Assembly: GCA_964270895.1 (NCBI GenBank)
Contig: OZ185435.1
Source of the DNA: Podarcis filfolensis
Lineage: Eukaryota
DNA length: 64,000 nt
Reading direction: 5' to 3' (one strand)
The translations under genes were made by a program, and so were the position numbers. The notes under the pieces were generated by a model. The model was not told where the DNA came from. It searched no databases and saw only the letters and a list, made by a program, of their open reading frames with translations. Of this stretch, positions 23,691-35,998 are shown in pieces; within the stretch, counting starts at the first letter, position 1; the number at the start of each line of letters is the position of its first letter.

Positions 23691-25029
23691 TAAAAAGCGT
23701 TCCACAGCACTACTGCATCTGTCACACCTCATTCCTGTCCTGCAGCAGCGCCACATCTTTGCTATTTTGGTATCAAGTCTTCACACAACTCTGCTACTGC
23801 ACTCAGAAGGCCAAAGAGAAGACTTCTCCTGTAGTCCCATTTGGGTGATTTCATCTCTCTTGTTTTTCACCCTTGTGAACTTTAGTATTGTAAGTCCAAA
23901 GCTTAGGCATCTTGATGAAAAAAGGATGAATGCATTTCCCATTGTTTCACTTGAGCAAACTCTGTGATCTGAAATCCAAACAACAGCAAGACCTGCTCAC
24001 ATCTGGCTAGGAAGGAGTTTAATTAAGCACACACACACACCTCCCCATTGCCAAATCCAAACTGAGCAGTATTGTCTCTGCATATGCAGAACTGAACCCT
24101 GTTTTTGGCTGAAGAGTTGTGCATGGCTTGGAGGTTTCGTTGCAATTGTCATTCTCAACAATATATGCCACCTAGTATATTAAATAGCTTTTAAAAATAT
24201 ATATGGTGTTGTTTTTTTAAAAAATCCTACAATCCAAATTCATCTCCAAGAAGAAGAAAGTAAGGGACAAGACTATGGACATGTTCTGGAGCAGCACCAT
24301 CTACTCAAACAACGTATTACAAGAAGTTGATCATTTATGCATTTTCCTTGATATACAAACACCCTCAGGGTGGCACTCTTCCTGCCACCAGCGCCAGGGT
24401 TGCGTGATGGTGATGGCTTCTGGTGAGATTTTTCTGGAAGCCACTGTGTGACGGGTAAGCAAGGCAGAGGAGCCACCTTCCCATTCATGTCAGGTGGCAA
24501 AATGGGACTGGCCACCCCTGGAAGAAGAGTGAAGAAAATAACCTGATCATAACAAGAGATCCCAAAGCAAGTTGGCAGCAAATACAAAGGGGACAAATAA
24601 TTCAGAACAGTAACACTAGAAGTAAGAAGTGAGAGTTGAAGAAGAAAAAGATTTGTCAGTGGAGCAACACAATCAAACTGTGACATAACACAAAGACTGT
24701 AAATGGCAGCAATATTACCAGAAATTAGTGGTTTACAGTAGTAATCAAGACGAGCGAATTCAAACCTGGAAATGTTCAGAAAGCAAAACTATGAAGAAAA
24801 CCACCACAATCAATTTTATGCTTTCTACCCTTCAGTGTCTTCCCAAACAGGGGCACCCTGCTCTCAGAAGTAATAGAAGTGTTTAGTTTTTCTAGGCAAC
24901 TCCCTTCAGGCACCATGCCTAATAATCTTCGGTGTGTCTGCACGTGCCTCTCTGTTTGCAGCCAGTGACTGAATTCCAGAGGTGGTGTGAAGCTTACAGT
25001 TCCTGAAGATGTGTGAGGCTACTGCCTGG

Positions 25030-25150
25030 AGAACATAGGAAACAGTCCATCAAGCCCAGTACTGTACTCTGACTGGCAGCAGGATCTCCAGGCAGAGCTC
25101 TTGCTTTCCTGCCAGAGGTGACCTTGTGCATTCAAAGCACATTCTCTTCC
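25030..25150 (-). mobile_element. tRNA-derived SINE, degraded
   Basis: gtccatcaagcccagtactg..tactctgactggcagcag..tctccagg is the reverse of the SINE body. Confidence 0.5.
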
Positions 25151-27357
25151 AGTCCACTCTAGTCCCTCTCATTTTGGCGGCTGCTTGATGTTAGGGCAGT
25201 CCCTCTCCTTGCTATTTGTGTTTCAGGTGTACTTTACAAGCCCATGTTTCCAGGAAGATTCCACCTGGCCCATTGCCTTTGCTACCAGCTCTATGGATCA
25301 GCTACTCTCTCCGCCAGGCTTCTGAAGCACCACATCTCTGCTGAACCATAGCTGCAGCTGAGTTAGCAGGCACCAGCTGAAGTTGGCAGCCACCACCCCT
25401 CCATTCTCCCCATGGGGTTGGCCTGCACTTTCTTCCCAGCACTTGACAATCTCTTGCATGAAAAGTACCAAAGGTCTGTCAGCCCAGGGTGTTTGTGTGT
25501 GCTGTGAAATGAACCCAGCATCCCAAGTATCTGGTGTCTTGGGCAGCTTAAGGCAGAGAAGAGCCTTCTGTCTCGCTGTGTGAGAGATGGATATGGTTAC
25601 CATGGCAGCAGTGGCATGCAGCACACCAAGCCAGCGAGAGCCTGTGTGAGAAGGATTTTAGGAGCCCTCTGCTCTCACTGATCAGGACTGACAGGCAGCA
25701 GTGATCGAACAGCGGGATCTCAGCTGCAACTGCGCCTACAATGCCTTGCCTCTGTCAACTGGGTGTGGGCATCTATTGCCTCCAGAACTGCTGGCAGCAT
25801 TCTCTTCATATCTGTTCTTTAGTTCTATTCCTTAACCTTTTGCTCCACTCCTTTTCAATGTAGATGGTTGTTTCCTGAATCCTTCCTAGTTTGCTTTGTT
25901 CCTGTGCTGAGGCTCTGTGTTTGTGTCCTATATGAAATCCTGCTGCATGGTTTGGAATTTGGCTCACATCTGAAGTTATCCAGATTTCAGTTGGGAGGAA
26001 GAAGAAATGTCTTGAGTCTAGCCTAGTTATACAGAAAATAACTGAAATTAAATGGGCAAAAAACCTGAACCTATGTGGACAACGCGTGATACAGATTGTA
26101 TTGCCAAATGAGGCTGCAGGTGGGGCTTCCAGTAATCAGAAAGCAGAATTTCTTTGTGCTACGCATGCCTGTGTCCCATTCTCTTTCTGGTACCTCTTCT
26201 CTGTCCCCATATCTATCTCCTCTTCCCCATCCTGACTCTGCTGTCGGTACTGATAACACTATTATGGGCGAGGAGAGCTGTAACTTCTCCATAGTCCATT
26301 GCATCAGGCACTTTTCTTTTATCCCAGTTCACTCCTAGCATCAGAGTTGATGTTGAAAGCAGATTTCCCCCAACCCTATGCTTTATACATAAACAGGGCA
26401 GGCAAGTGATTTAAAGACCATGACTTTGACTCTTAGCATTCAGTGATCCTTACAACCATGCTGCAAAACAGATTGTTGTTGTTGCCCATATATTTCAGAA
26501 GGAAAGCAGGGAGAGAGGTGTGGTTGAGGGACCGAGGGGAGGTGGGGCTGGAATGTTTGTGGCTGAGATGATGTTTGAACCACTTGACTTTTCAGATTAC
26601 AGCTCAAGCGCTTGGTCACTGCAACACCATCTTCTTCCTCTTTCCCTCGCACTAGCCACTGCTAAATTGCTCCTAATTCTGTGAAAATGTGATTGATGCC
26701 ATGATAAATACATTGTGGAACATTGGGTGATTTTGCACACTCCTGCACACTTCTTTCTGTGTTTGGAGCATTGATATGCAGAGGGTGAGCACACTTTTGG
26801 CCCAGATTCAGCTAAGTTATTGCGCTATAAGAAGTTAGCATAAAAAGTCCTGCAATGGGACTTTCTCCCCTCCCTCTGTGTCCTCCCCAGAGCTGCTCAG
26901 GAGGGTTGGGAGAACCCCTAGGACAGCCCATGGGGAAAGGAGAGCAGAAATGCTTGCAGAGACAGAACAATCGCCTTAGTGTGCTGTTGAATTCCACTCT
27001 TTGGTATGGAGTGCATTTTCCAGCTAGATCATGGTGTTTGAGAGATCCTGGAAGGAGGAGGAAATTGGCTAAGAAAATGGCAACTGAACAGTACAAATAG
27101 AACCACAACCCTACCTTCCCCTTCCCCCATCTCTGGGCACACACAATACTTATTGCCAAAGAGTCAGTGTGGAAGACTGTGGGTGGAAACTGGCTTCATT
27201 CACCAGCTTCACTCACCTAAGATTTCTGTTCCCCGGCCCTCCAGCATCTGCTGTAGCTGAGAGTTCCTCAGGGACAACAGCGTGGCAGTCCTCGAATTCA
27301 TGTAACCTTGGAAGTATGCTTGCTGTTTTCTAATGATCTCCTTTGCTTCCCACACAG

Positions 27358-27436
27358 TGTCCTTTCCTCTAGGCGCTATTACTTTGAGCTCCTCCACAAG
27401 CAGGATGACCGTGGCTCAGACCATGTGGAAGTTGGT
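27358..27436 (+). CDS. B4GALNT4: B4GALNT4 exon ~8, PA14 ([26 protein letters not shown])
   Basis: cacacag acceptor gives 79 nt and ortholog-length alignment (human LMASRRYYF); GGT|gtgagt donor. A second in-frame AG ends at 27372 (see findings). Confidence 0.93.
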
Positions 27437-30400
27437 GTGAGTAAATAAATCCCTCTCAAGCCTCCCCCCACGTTAAGGTACAGAGCACCTGGTAGGAATA
27501 TTAAACTTGTTTTGAAAAATAGAAACAGACCTACACTTGATCTTAGCCAAAAAAAGGCCAAGAAGCCTTCTGTTTTGTGCTCTCTTGACTAAAAATCTTG
27601 ACAGTAAATAAACCTTCCATCCCTGTCAAAGAAGCCTTTATAGTCAAAAAGACATCTTTAGCACAGCTTTCACTGGTCAATTTTGAAACGGCTCTTATTA
27701 ATTCAGGATTAGTTTGCAGATTACCAGTTGAGGAAAAAGCATCTGGCCACGAGGCACCCAAAGGTACACATTTGCCCCCCAAAGCTAGCAGAATGAAACA
27801 TGTTTTCCACCATTTAAACTTCCTGAATCTGCTTTACAGTAAAGCAAAAGGAGGGAGGAAGATTATTCCTTAGACCATTTTTCTCATTTTCCTCAGAGCT
27901 TGAGGAGAAAAGTCTTTTCTCCTTAAAATTAATTGTGTCCTTCTCTGGGGAAAGAGCCAGAAGGGAGTATGAGAGGGACTTCCTAGCTGGTAATTTCTTA
28001 AACTCTTTTATTCTCAAGATAAAATGTCTCCCATCTCCTAGAAACTTTAAAATAGCCTCATTTTCATGCCTCTCAGAGGAGCTGTGTTCCCTTTACAGAA
28101 GCCTTTGCTGCACAGCAGGCTGCTGGAGGTGAAATATTAGTCTTTTTAAAGAGGCTCCATTCATCCCACATCTAAATTAAAAGGAAGAAGAGCCACTCAG
28201 TGCAAATGCTCTTCCTTCCCAATGGCTGCCTGTCTCTGCTGTGAAGTCTCTGCCAAAAGGATTCTAGGTCAGCCTGGCAGGTGTAACACCCAGAGTGCAG
28301 GGAATATGAAAAAAAAAAATTACCAGATGGGATTTATCTTTGCTTTAAAATAATATGCACCAATTGTCTGGTTGCTTTGATGGATATGAAGCACATACGC
28401 ATGCAAGGTTGTTCTTCCTGCTCATCAGCTATTTAGCATGTCTACGTAAGTACTAAATGTGCAGAATGAACAGCATATGGGCCTGTCTAAAAGCAAGTGT
28501 GTAAACTAGATAGATGAACATTGACACATTACTGCTTTTGCCACTTTACACGATGTTGGAAAGCTTGTCAGTCATTACAGAGGCCTTCCAGGCACCCCGA
28601 TTAACAATAATAAATCTCCAGCCTGCTGCAGGAGAAAAGGAAGCAGCCTTTATTAAAACTACTTTGTGTTTCGACATTACAAACTGTTACATAGCAAAAC
28701 AGTATGTCTACTTAGCTACAGAAATATTAGCAGTGAGCCTGAATAGCAGCTGTTTGACTCTCCTCTGCTAAAATCCTGGGCTGCGTTCCTTACAATGATG
28801 GTACAGAAGCGCTTCCTCTCAGGGACATGCATAATTTGAATGGTGAGCCTGCTATGGAAGTGTGCACACACTCTTTGGATCTGTTAAAAAAATAATATCT
28901 TCCCTCCCAGTCCTGTGTGTGTTCACAGCAGAAGCTGGGTATGCACAGTTCTGATTGGCTGGTGCCAGTGACATTACAAAACAACTTTTGCTTACCCAGA
29001 ACAGCTTTTCAGCTTTTTAAAATAAAAATTGTGCTTTGCTTTTAAAATAACCAAATGCACATGGGCAAGTGGGGGAAGGGCAGTTCAGTCAACTGAATCA
29101 GTGTTTGGTTCACTGATCCCATTGCTCCTACTCTGAATGAGAGAAGAGCTGGGTTCAGCCTTTTGGTGGAGTTGCCCTCCAACACCTTTTCTTTTCTTTT
29201 TTCTTTTACTGCTTGTGTAGGTACCCTTTGCTTACCCTTTTAATAGAAAGCCACAGCATGTTACAGTTCCTCACTCAAAAGAAGGAACAAGGGTTCAGTT
29301 GAATGTCAGAGAGCTCAGAAGCATCTCCCAAACAGTTTGTAATTGTGCTTCATTGCTGGAGAGGGGAAGTATACCTCCCTGTGATGCTAAGAAGAAGGGC
29401 AGTATAGAAATAAAATTAATAAAATAAATAAGCATATGGCCTGCAAATAATTTATTAACACACAAACATGCTTGTAGAGGAGGCTCATTATGTGTTGAGG
29501 CTAAGAGGGTCCTTTTGTGTTGATGTTTTAAATGGCTGCATGTGTGTCCTGCATGAGGACTGCTGGGTTTTTTAATATATATTTTTACGGAAGAGTTAAA
29601 ATATAATAGAACTTATTGAAAAAGTTCACCAAATGGCACATATTGGGCAGTGGAGGAGGCACCCATCATATTGATGACCCAGGCACTATCCAGACAGTGT
29701 GACACTTGGGCAACTTCATTCCACACAGCACTCACTTCTCACTTTCCCAGCAAAAGAAAGAAAGAAATTGGCTGAGTGCTCAGAAAATACAATGTTCCTG
29801 TAAAAAAAATGGAAAGAAAAAAGTGCTAATATGTTTTAAGATGACTGTGTTCCTGGCAGTTGTTGAGTAACAGCTGCCCAAGTTGTCTGCAGGTTAGAGA
29901 ACAACCAAAAATAATACTGGGTGTTATTCAACCAAGTTTAACTAACTTAGTCATGTTCAGTCATTTCATTGGGCCTGCTCCAAGTAAAATATAGTTGACT
30001 GTTGCCCATTATCCAGAAAAGGATCAGGACGATTCAGCAGAATTGCATGTTCTTGAACCAATGGCAGGGTGTGGCCAGGCCAGACTAGCTAGTAACACCA
30101 AAAAGCTGTTATCGGATCAGTGCAGTGACTCAGTTTGTTATCTCTGTGGTTGATTCACACCTGCATTCTGAAAGCCAGAAGCTGCACTACAGCCAGGGAA
30201 AAGCCTTGAGTTGTGTGCTGCATCTTTCTTCCTTTTTTACTTCCAAACACAGAGCAAACTTTCCTAGTTAAGCTACTGGCTATGGTGGATAGTGCCACCT
30301 GATTCTTGGGCTCAGCCCCAAATTGCCACATGCCCAAGGAACAGCAGGCTGCTGGCTAAGCATGGAGCACACACTTCCTCCATGCAACATGTTCTCCCAA

Positions 30401-30639
30401 GGTGTTGCGCCAGAGAGCAGATGAAGAGCCACATGGGGCAGAAACAGTCGCCAGCCGGTGTGAAATAGGCATTGAATGGGAACTCTAGCAGGCTGCCTTC
30501 TGGACTCTCCTGAATTCCTCCCCATTCACATTCCTACCAGCTGGTCTTCTGCAAATCTCCTTTCCCCCACATGCAGGAGCACACAAAATACATGCATATA
30601 TAGATTGACCTTTCTTTATCACTCTCTTGTCTCTTTCAG

Positions 30640-30706
30640 TGGCGCGTTTTTCTGCCCAGCTTCAGGTTTGAGGTCATCGATTCACCCTACATTTCACTCT
30701 ATACAG
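30640..30706 (+). CDS. B4GALNT4: B4GALNT4 exon ~9 (WRVFLPSFRFEVIDSPYISLYT)
   Basis: ctttcag acceptor, ACAG|gtaaag donor, 67 nt. Confidence 0.95.
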
Positions 30707-31007
30707 GTAAAGTGCCCCTCCCCCCTCAGGCTTTGCAGCCTTAGCTTGATACAGGATTTCTCCTGCAACCTGCAAGGTGTGTAGTTGGTGCACACATAAA
30801 GAAAAGAGCATGCCAGAACGATCCTGTAGAGTTCATTGGTTGTCCATGTATTGAGACCTCCCATTGTCATGCCAAAAAGCACCATTGTACTATGAGGCAC
30901 CCTGTCTCCAGGCCACACTTTGCAAAGGTTCTGGCTTTGCACTTGAGTGTTTTTGCTTGGCTGGAATGTGTCATTGAACTCTGCTAAGGCTCCTTGCTTC
31001 TTTGTAT

Positions 31008-31670
31008 TGTTGTAAACAAAAATTGCCCTTTTCCCTTATGGGGTATCCAAGAGCCCATATAGAGTCCTTGCATAGGTTCCCTATTGGTAGGAGAGAATAA
31101 CAGAGGCCAACCAGAGAAGATTGAGAAGCAAAGCAGCTAGTAAGCTTGATATTTATTTATCTGTTGCAACAGGGTGCTCCCCTCACCCGCAGGAGAGAGG
31201 AGGGACCCAGAAAAAATGGCATGCAAGGCCTTATAAAGGCTTTTGAAATTGCCACCCTGTAGATCAAGACCACCCCTCAGATACATCATACCTACATCAC
31301 AGAAAAGGCGGTCTAAACAGAAATTTAAGTATTGTTTTTCTCCTGTTGTTGTTTATCTCCTGTCTGGCAGGTTACTTGATTGGGTTGCCTGCGGAGCCTG
31401 GCCATTCTTTTGTAGTGATAAATACTTAGTTCCTGGGCCATGTCACAGGCTCACACCCTATTCAAACACAGACATACCCTTAAGACAGGATTTGTGAAGG
31501 AAAAGACAATGGGGAGGCTTTTCCACTTTGACCTTGCAGAGAAAACATTTTGCTCAGTTTAGGAATCAAAATGGCTTCAGGTCGGTCTTCCTGTGCTGAT
31601 CTATGTATGTGCTTGGTTGGTACACTTACGAACATTACCATATGTCTAAGAACATAAAATTCCTATCACA
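31008..31670 (-). mobile_element. Solo LTR (ERV/Gypsy-type), 663 bp
   Basis: TGT...ACA termini, 4-bp TSD GTAT (31004-31007, 31671-31674). On the - strand a TATA-like TTTATAA (31231-31237) precedes AATAAA (31152-31157), the U3-R-U5 order. Confidence 0.75.
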
Positions 31671-31948
31671 GTATGAAGGATAGAGAATTAGTGAGTGTGC
31701 ACACCTTCCTGGGAGTAAATCCCATTGAACGGAGCTTTGGGCGTACTTTTGAGTAAACGTCTATATGATTGCACTGTAGGGCAGGAAACCTCTAAACTCG
31801 GGGGGGGGGGGGGTTCTGAGTAGATAAATCAGAGGTCTAAATGTGTGGGGTTTTTCTCCCCCCCCCCAAAAAAAGAGGGCAGAAATTGTAATGTGCAGGG
31901 CTGAAAATTCTCTTTGAAGTCATTTTGTCCAACGCCCTTTCACTAGAC

Positions 31949-32614
31949 CAGTGGTTCTCAAAGGGTGTATTGTGCCACACTGCTGTGGCAGGAGTGAATG
32001 GCAAGTGTAGCAAGAAAATTCAAGGACAATCAAAGAAGCATTTGAACATTTAAGTGTAGTATAGTATAGTATAGCATAGTACTGTATAGTATAAAAATAT
32101 TATGCATACATACATACAACCAGAAACAATATGCAAGCCTCTCTTCAAGAGCATTGGCTATTCTTCTGCAGTTCTCCATGACATATGGTTGTGAATAGAG
32201 ATTTGCATATGAAAAGATCAAAAAAGGGAAAGGCTTCTTTGTATTGATGAGGAGATGAGAGTGTGTTTGTCTCAAATTGGACCTAATATAAATGAGATTA
32301 CCTGGCATAAGCAAGCTCACACATCTCATTGAGTTTGTATACATATTTAAGGTACATATGTAAGAGGCTCGTTTATAATTATATTTTGGGAATAATTAAT
32401 GTTCTTACATAGCTGCATTGTTTTATACTTTCTGGATATCCTGTGATCATATTATAAAGTAGTTGTGTTCTATGTTATAAATCAAGCACTGCTAGGAGTT
32501 GCTTCTTTTTGTTTTCTGATGTATTTCTTATCAATTAAAAAAAAATCAGTGTGGCACAAGCAAATTTTCATTCTGAAAATTGTGGCCCAGAGAAAAAGAG
32601 TTTGAGAACCAGTG
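31949..32614. mobile_element. Non-autonomous hAT element, 666 bp
   Basis: 14-bp TIRs CAGTGGTTCTCAAA / TTTGAGAACCAGTG (1 mismatch); perfect 8-bp TSD CACTAGAC (31941-31948, 32615-32622). Confidence 0.88.
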
Positions 32615-33719
32615 CACTAGACCTTCGGTATATAACTGCCTGCAACTGCTTAGCTCTCAGTATTCACTTTTTTTTAGTGCACAAGCCAAGAGCTGGTCCA
32701 TTGCTCCACGTCTGTGGGGTGATAAATACACTTAGAAAAATAGTCCCAGATGAATCAAGCAACTGAGCCAGCAAAGAACTGTAATCACGACATGTACGTG
32801 TGTGTGTATGTGTGTTGCAGGAAGGAAAAGCTAAAAATAAGATAGCAGGCAGCTGTGATCCTTCATGAAAAGGCAAAGGGGGTTTGGGAGTGTGTATAGA
32901 CTTTACTGGGCATGTGCATACTGGGCATATATATTGTATAAGCAGTCGCCGCCTTGCTCTTCTTTTCCCAGGGCTCTTGCTGCCCTTTCCCCCTTGTGTC
33001 TTGCTCCATCTCAGAGTGAAAAGCAAGAGGCCAGCAGAAGAGCACCCTTGGCAAATACCCGTCAGCTAGTGCTTCCAGAGCTGAATTATGAGCACCTGTC
33101 TTGTAAGCAGGGATGGATAGTGCCGAGTTTAATTAAATCCATAGATCTTCCACTTCCCTCCTCATAACCTGGCCCGGCAGCAGGAGGCGCTTGATGAATA
33201 GATCCCTGCCTGGCACTCAATACACAAGGCGCCTGTAATTAAGTATCCCGTGGAAGGTGGAGATAAGGTGGAGGGGTTGGGCAAGTCAGCCTCCTTTGGT
33301 ACAGAAGCACGAGGGCTCGATTGGCACGAGAGGAATAGTGGCAATTGGGCTATTGACAGAAGTGCCTGCAAGATGGATGTGCTGTGGGGGGATATTTCCT
33401 TCCAGATACATCAGTCACTGTGAGTTTTCTCCTCTACCCTCTGATCTGCAGCTTTATGCCCCATGAGGAGTGATTTTCTTGTTATCTTGCTCTCTGGCTG
33501 CAAACTCCTTCCTTGGCTGCAGGACAGTTATTAAGAAGGAGTGATTGCACGTGGAGTTGGAAGAGACGGTGTCATCTTTTAGGGGGATCTCTTTGTAGTG
33601 TATTCTTAGCCGCTGCACAGATAACCGTCAACAATAATCTCTGCATATTCTTAGATGTCAGAAGGGGCTCCTAAGATGTGCCCCTAAATGCACATAGCAG
33701 TTTCATTTTGGCGCATGCA

Positions 33720-33850
33720 GCTGACCCAGAGTGCCGTGTAGATGTTCTTGGACTCCCAAATCCCATCAGTCCCAGCCTGCATGGCCAATGGTCAGGGGAG
33801 CTGCAATCCAGCAACTACATTGGAGGACACTACATTGGCTACACACGAGC
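33720..33850. mobile_element. Palindromic MITE, degraded copy of the 9370 family
   Basis: gatgttcttggactcccaaatcccatcagtcccagcc..atggccaatggtcaggg...ttggaggacac. Confidence 0.6.
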
Positions 33851-34630
33851 TAAGTCATAGTGTTAGTAGAGTCTAACCTGGAAGTCACCATGGCATGAAT
33901 GTCAAGAGGCTAAATCTTACCATGTGATTATGCTGCATCTTTCAGACTAGCAGACTGACACTGCTGCAACAGTCATAGGTACTATACAGCTTCAGGATGC
34001 TGTCTGCCTAGGATTGCAGGAGTAACTAGAATCTCTTCCACTGATGGAAGTGATCCATCCCCAGCCCTGGCCAGAGCTATCCAGCCTCTCCTACTTTTCC
34101 TTACCCCAACTTTACCTTTCTATACTCTGTATGAAGAGACTCTGAACAGCTGGCCTACACTCACTCACCAAACAGCCTGTCATTTCTGTGTGTAGCACAC
34201 TTTTCCCGAAAGGGATGTTTGAAAGCTGTGGTGAAGAATTTTTGACTGAGACAGGCTTGTGTATTTGACAAAAGAGGTGCCCATCCAGTCTCCCCCCACA
34301 AAAAGTGAACGACCTGCCCTGCTTCTTTGTTAATATACAAAATGTATTGTGTTTTCTTTTAAGAAAGCATATGCACACATGCAGGCAACATAAAACATTA
34401 TGATAATCAGCAATGATCAGTAGAATATATTACAGCATTAGCTTCATTCATGTATTTTTATAGTCTATGTAATTCAGTGTATCCACAGTCCTCCCGAGTC
34501 AAATTAATTCACTTAGCATACATATATCATGCCCTTTACTTTACTTTATCTTATATATTGTTGTTTCTTCTAGTAATGAGCTGGTTCTGCAAACTCTACC
34601 TTCTGATACCCATTAAAAATAAGTTACTTT

Positions 34631-34850
34631 AGGGCTTCTTCACACTTACCTTTTGCCCTGCTCTTTAGCTAAGCAGCTGGGTTTTTTGTTTGCCCCAAAC
34701 TTCCTCCACAAAAGCCTGCTCTTTAAAGCTAAATCAGAGCAAACATCAACTTGGGTTTTCCACAGATTGATGCTTGCTCCAGTTGAGCTTTAAAGAGCAG
34801 GTTTTCGCAGGGAAAGCTCTGGAGCAAAAAGCAAAAAAGGACACTTGGAC
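34631..34850. mobile_element. Palindromic DNA-transposon-like element
   Basis: Inner arms ~34710-34749 and ~34767-34805 are complementary (cctgctctttaaagct / agctttaaagagcagg). Confidence 0.5.
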
Positions 34851-35949
34851 ATGAAACTTTAAATGGTGGACCATGCCTGCAAAATGCAGAGGAAAAATAA
34901 GTATGGCTAAGTCCTTATTCAATAATAATGCTTGCCTAGTCCTTGGCCTGTCCCCTGTTCTGACATGTTCTCTCAGGCCACCTCAGATAATGTCATCTTG
35001 AATTTCCACCAGCTTGGGTCCATTTTCTACCTTGTGTCATATTGGGAAATGCTTCCAGAATCTGGATTTGAGCACTGACCAATTGAGTAAATTCTTGCTT
35101 TTCTGCCACTTCTTGCTTTCCTGCAACTGTATCAGCTCCAGTCAGGTGGCATGAGTGGAAATCCTGCCTTGTCAGTGAGCTAAACAGATGTGACTTGAAA
35201 ATCCAGGAGGCATATTTTTGTAAATAAGAGTGAGGCGACTTTTATGGTTGCCTTTTGAGTGCTTCAGAGCATGAAGGCTTGGTTGGCTCTTGTGTTACAG
35301 CACAAAAGTTCTTATATCATACTTCTTATTTTTGTGTCATTAAGTGCTTGTGTGCTACTGTCTAGTAAATTTTAGGGCAAATGCCCAAAAGGGGGAAATC
35401 AAAATAAGTATGTTTTATATTTGTGTCTTATTTTCTCTAGGCTGCCTGGGGAAAGGAATGGAAGCTGGAAATATATATTAAGCATTGTTGAAAGCATCAA
35501 TTTTAGCATTCAACCTGGGGAATTAGAGACTGGGGTTGCTTTCATTGTGTCAAAAGCATCTTTTCTCTCGCCATAGCCGGGAAAACTTTAATCACAGCAT
35601 AGGTTGAAAGCTTTCAGAATTGTTGCTCTGGTTTATTAGGATGCTTATTTGATTTTTTGTTTTTTGCTACCAAGGCTTGCCTTGAAGGACTCATGTTATT
35701 AGCATTATAGGAACAATACTGAGGGAGGAAACATTTGCCAAATCAAGCAGAGATGGTTTATCCGGATAATTTGGGTTTATACAAGGACCTGGTTGAAGGT
35801 CCCACCCCTGACTCCTAGAGTTGCCCATTTGTTAGCTCTTGCGTCTCTGACATCCACTATTAGTAACCAAGCCTTCCACATTTCCAGTCTGTGTCACTTA
35901 ATGAATGTATCCACCCAGGTGTTCGTTCTGGCCCTGTTTCTGTATTAAA

Positions 35950-35984
<35 letters not shown>

Positions 35985-35998
35985 CGCGCGCGCGTGTG
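35950..35998. repeat. (GT)n(CG)9 alternating purine-pyrimidine tract
   Basis: Seen directly; CG run at 35977-35994. Confidence 0.97.
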
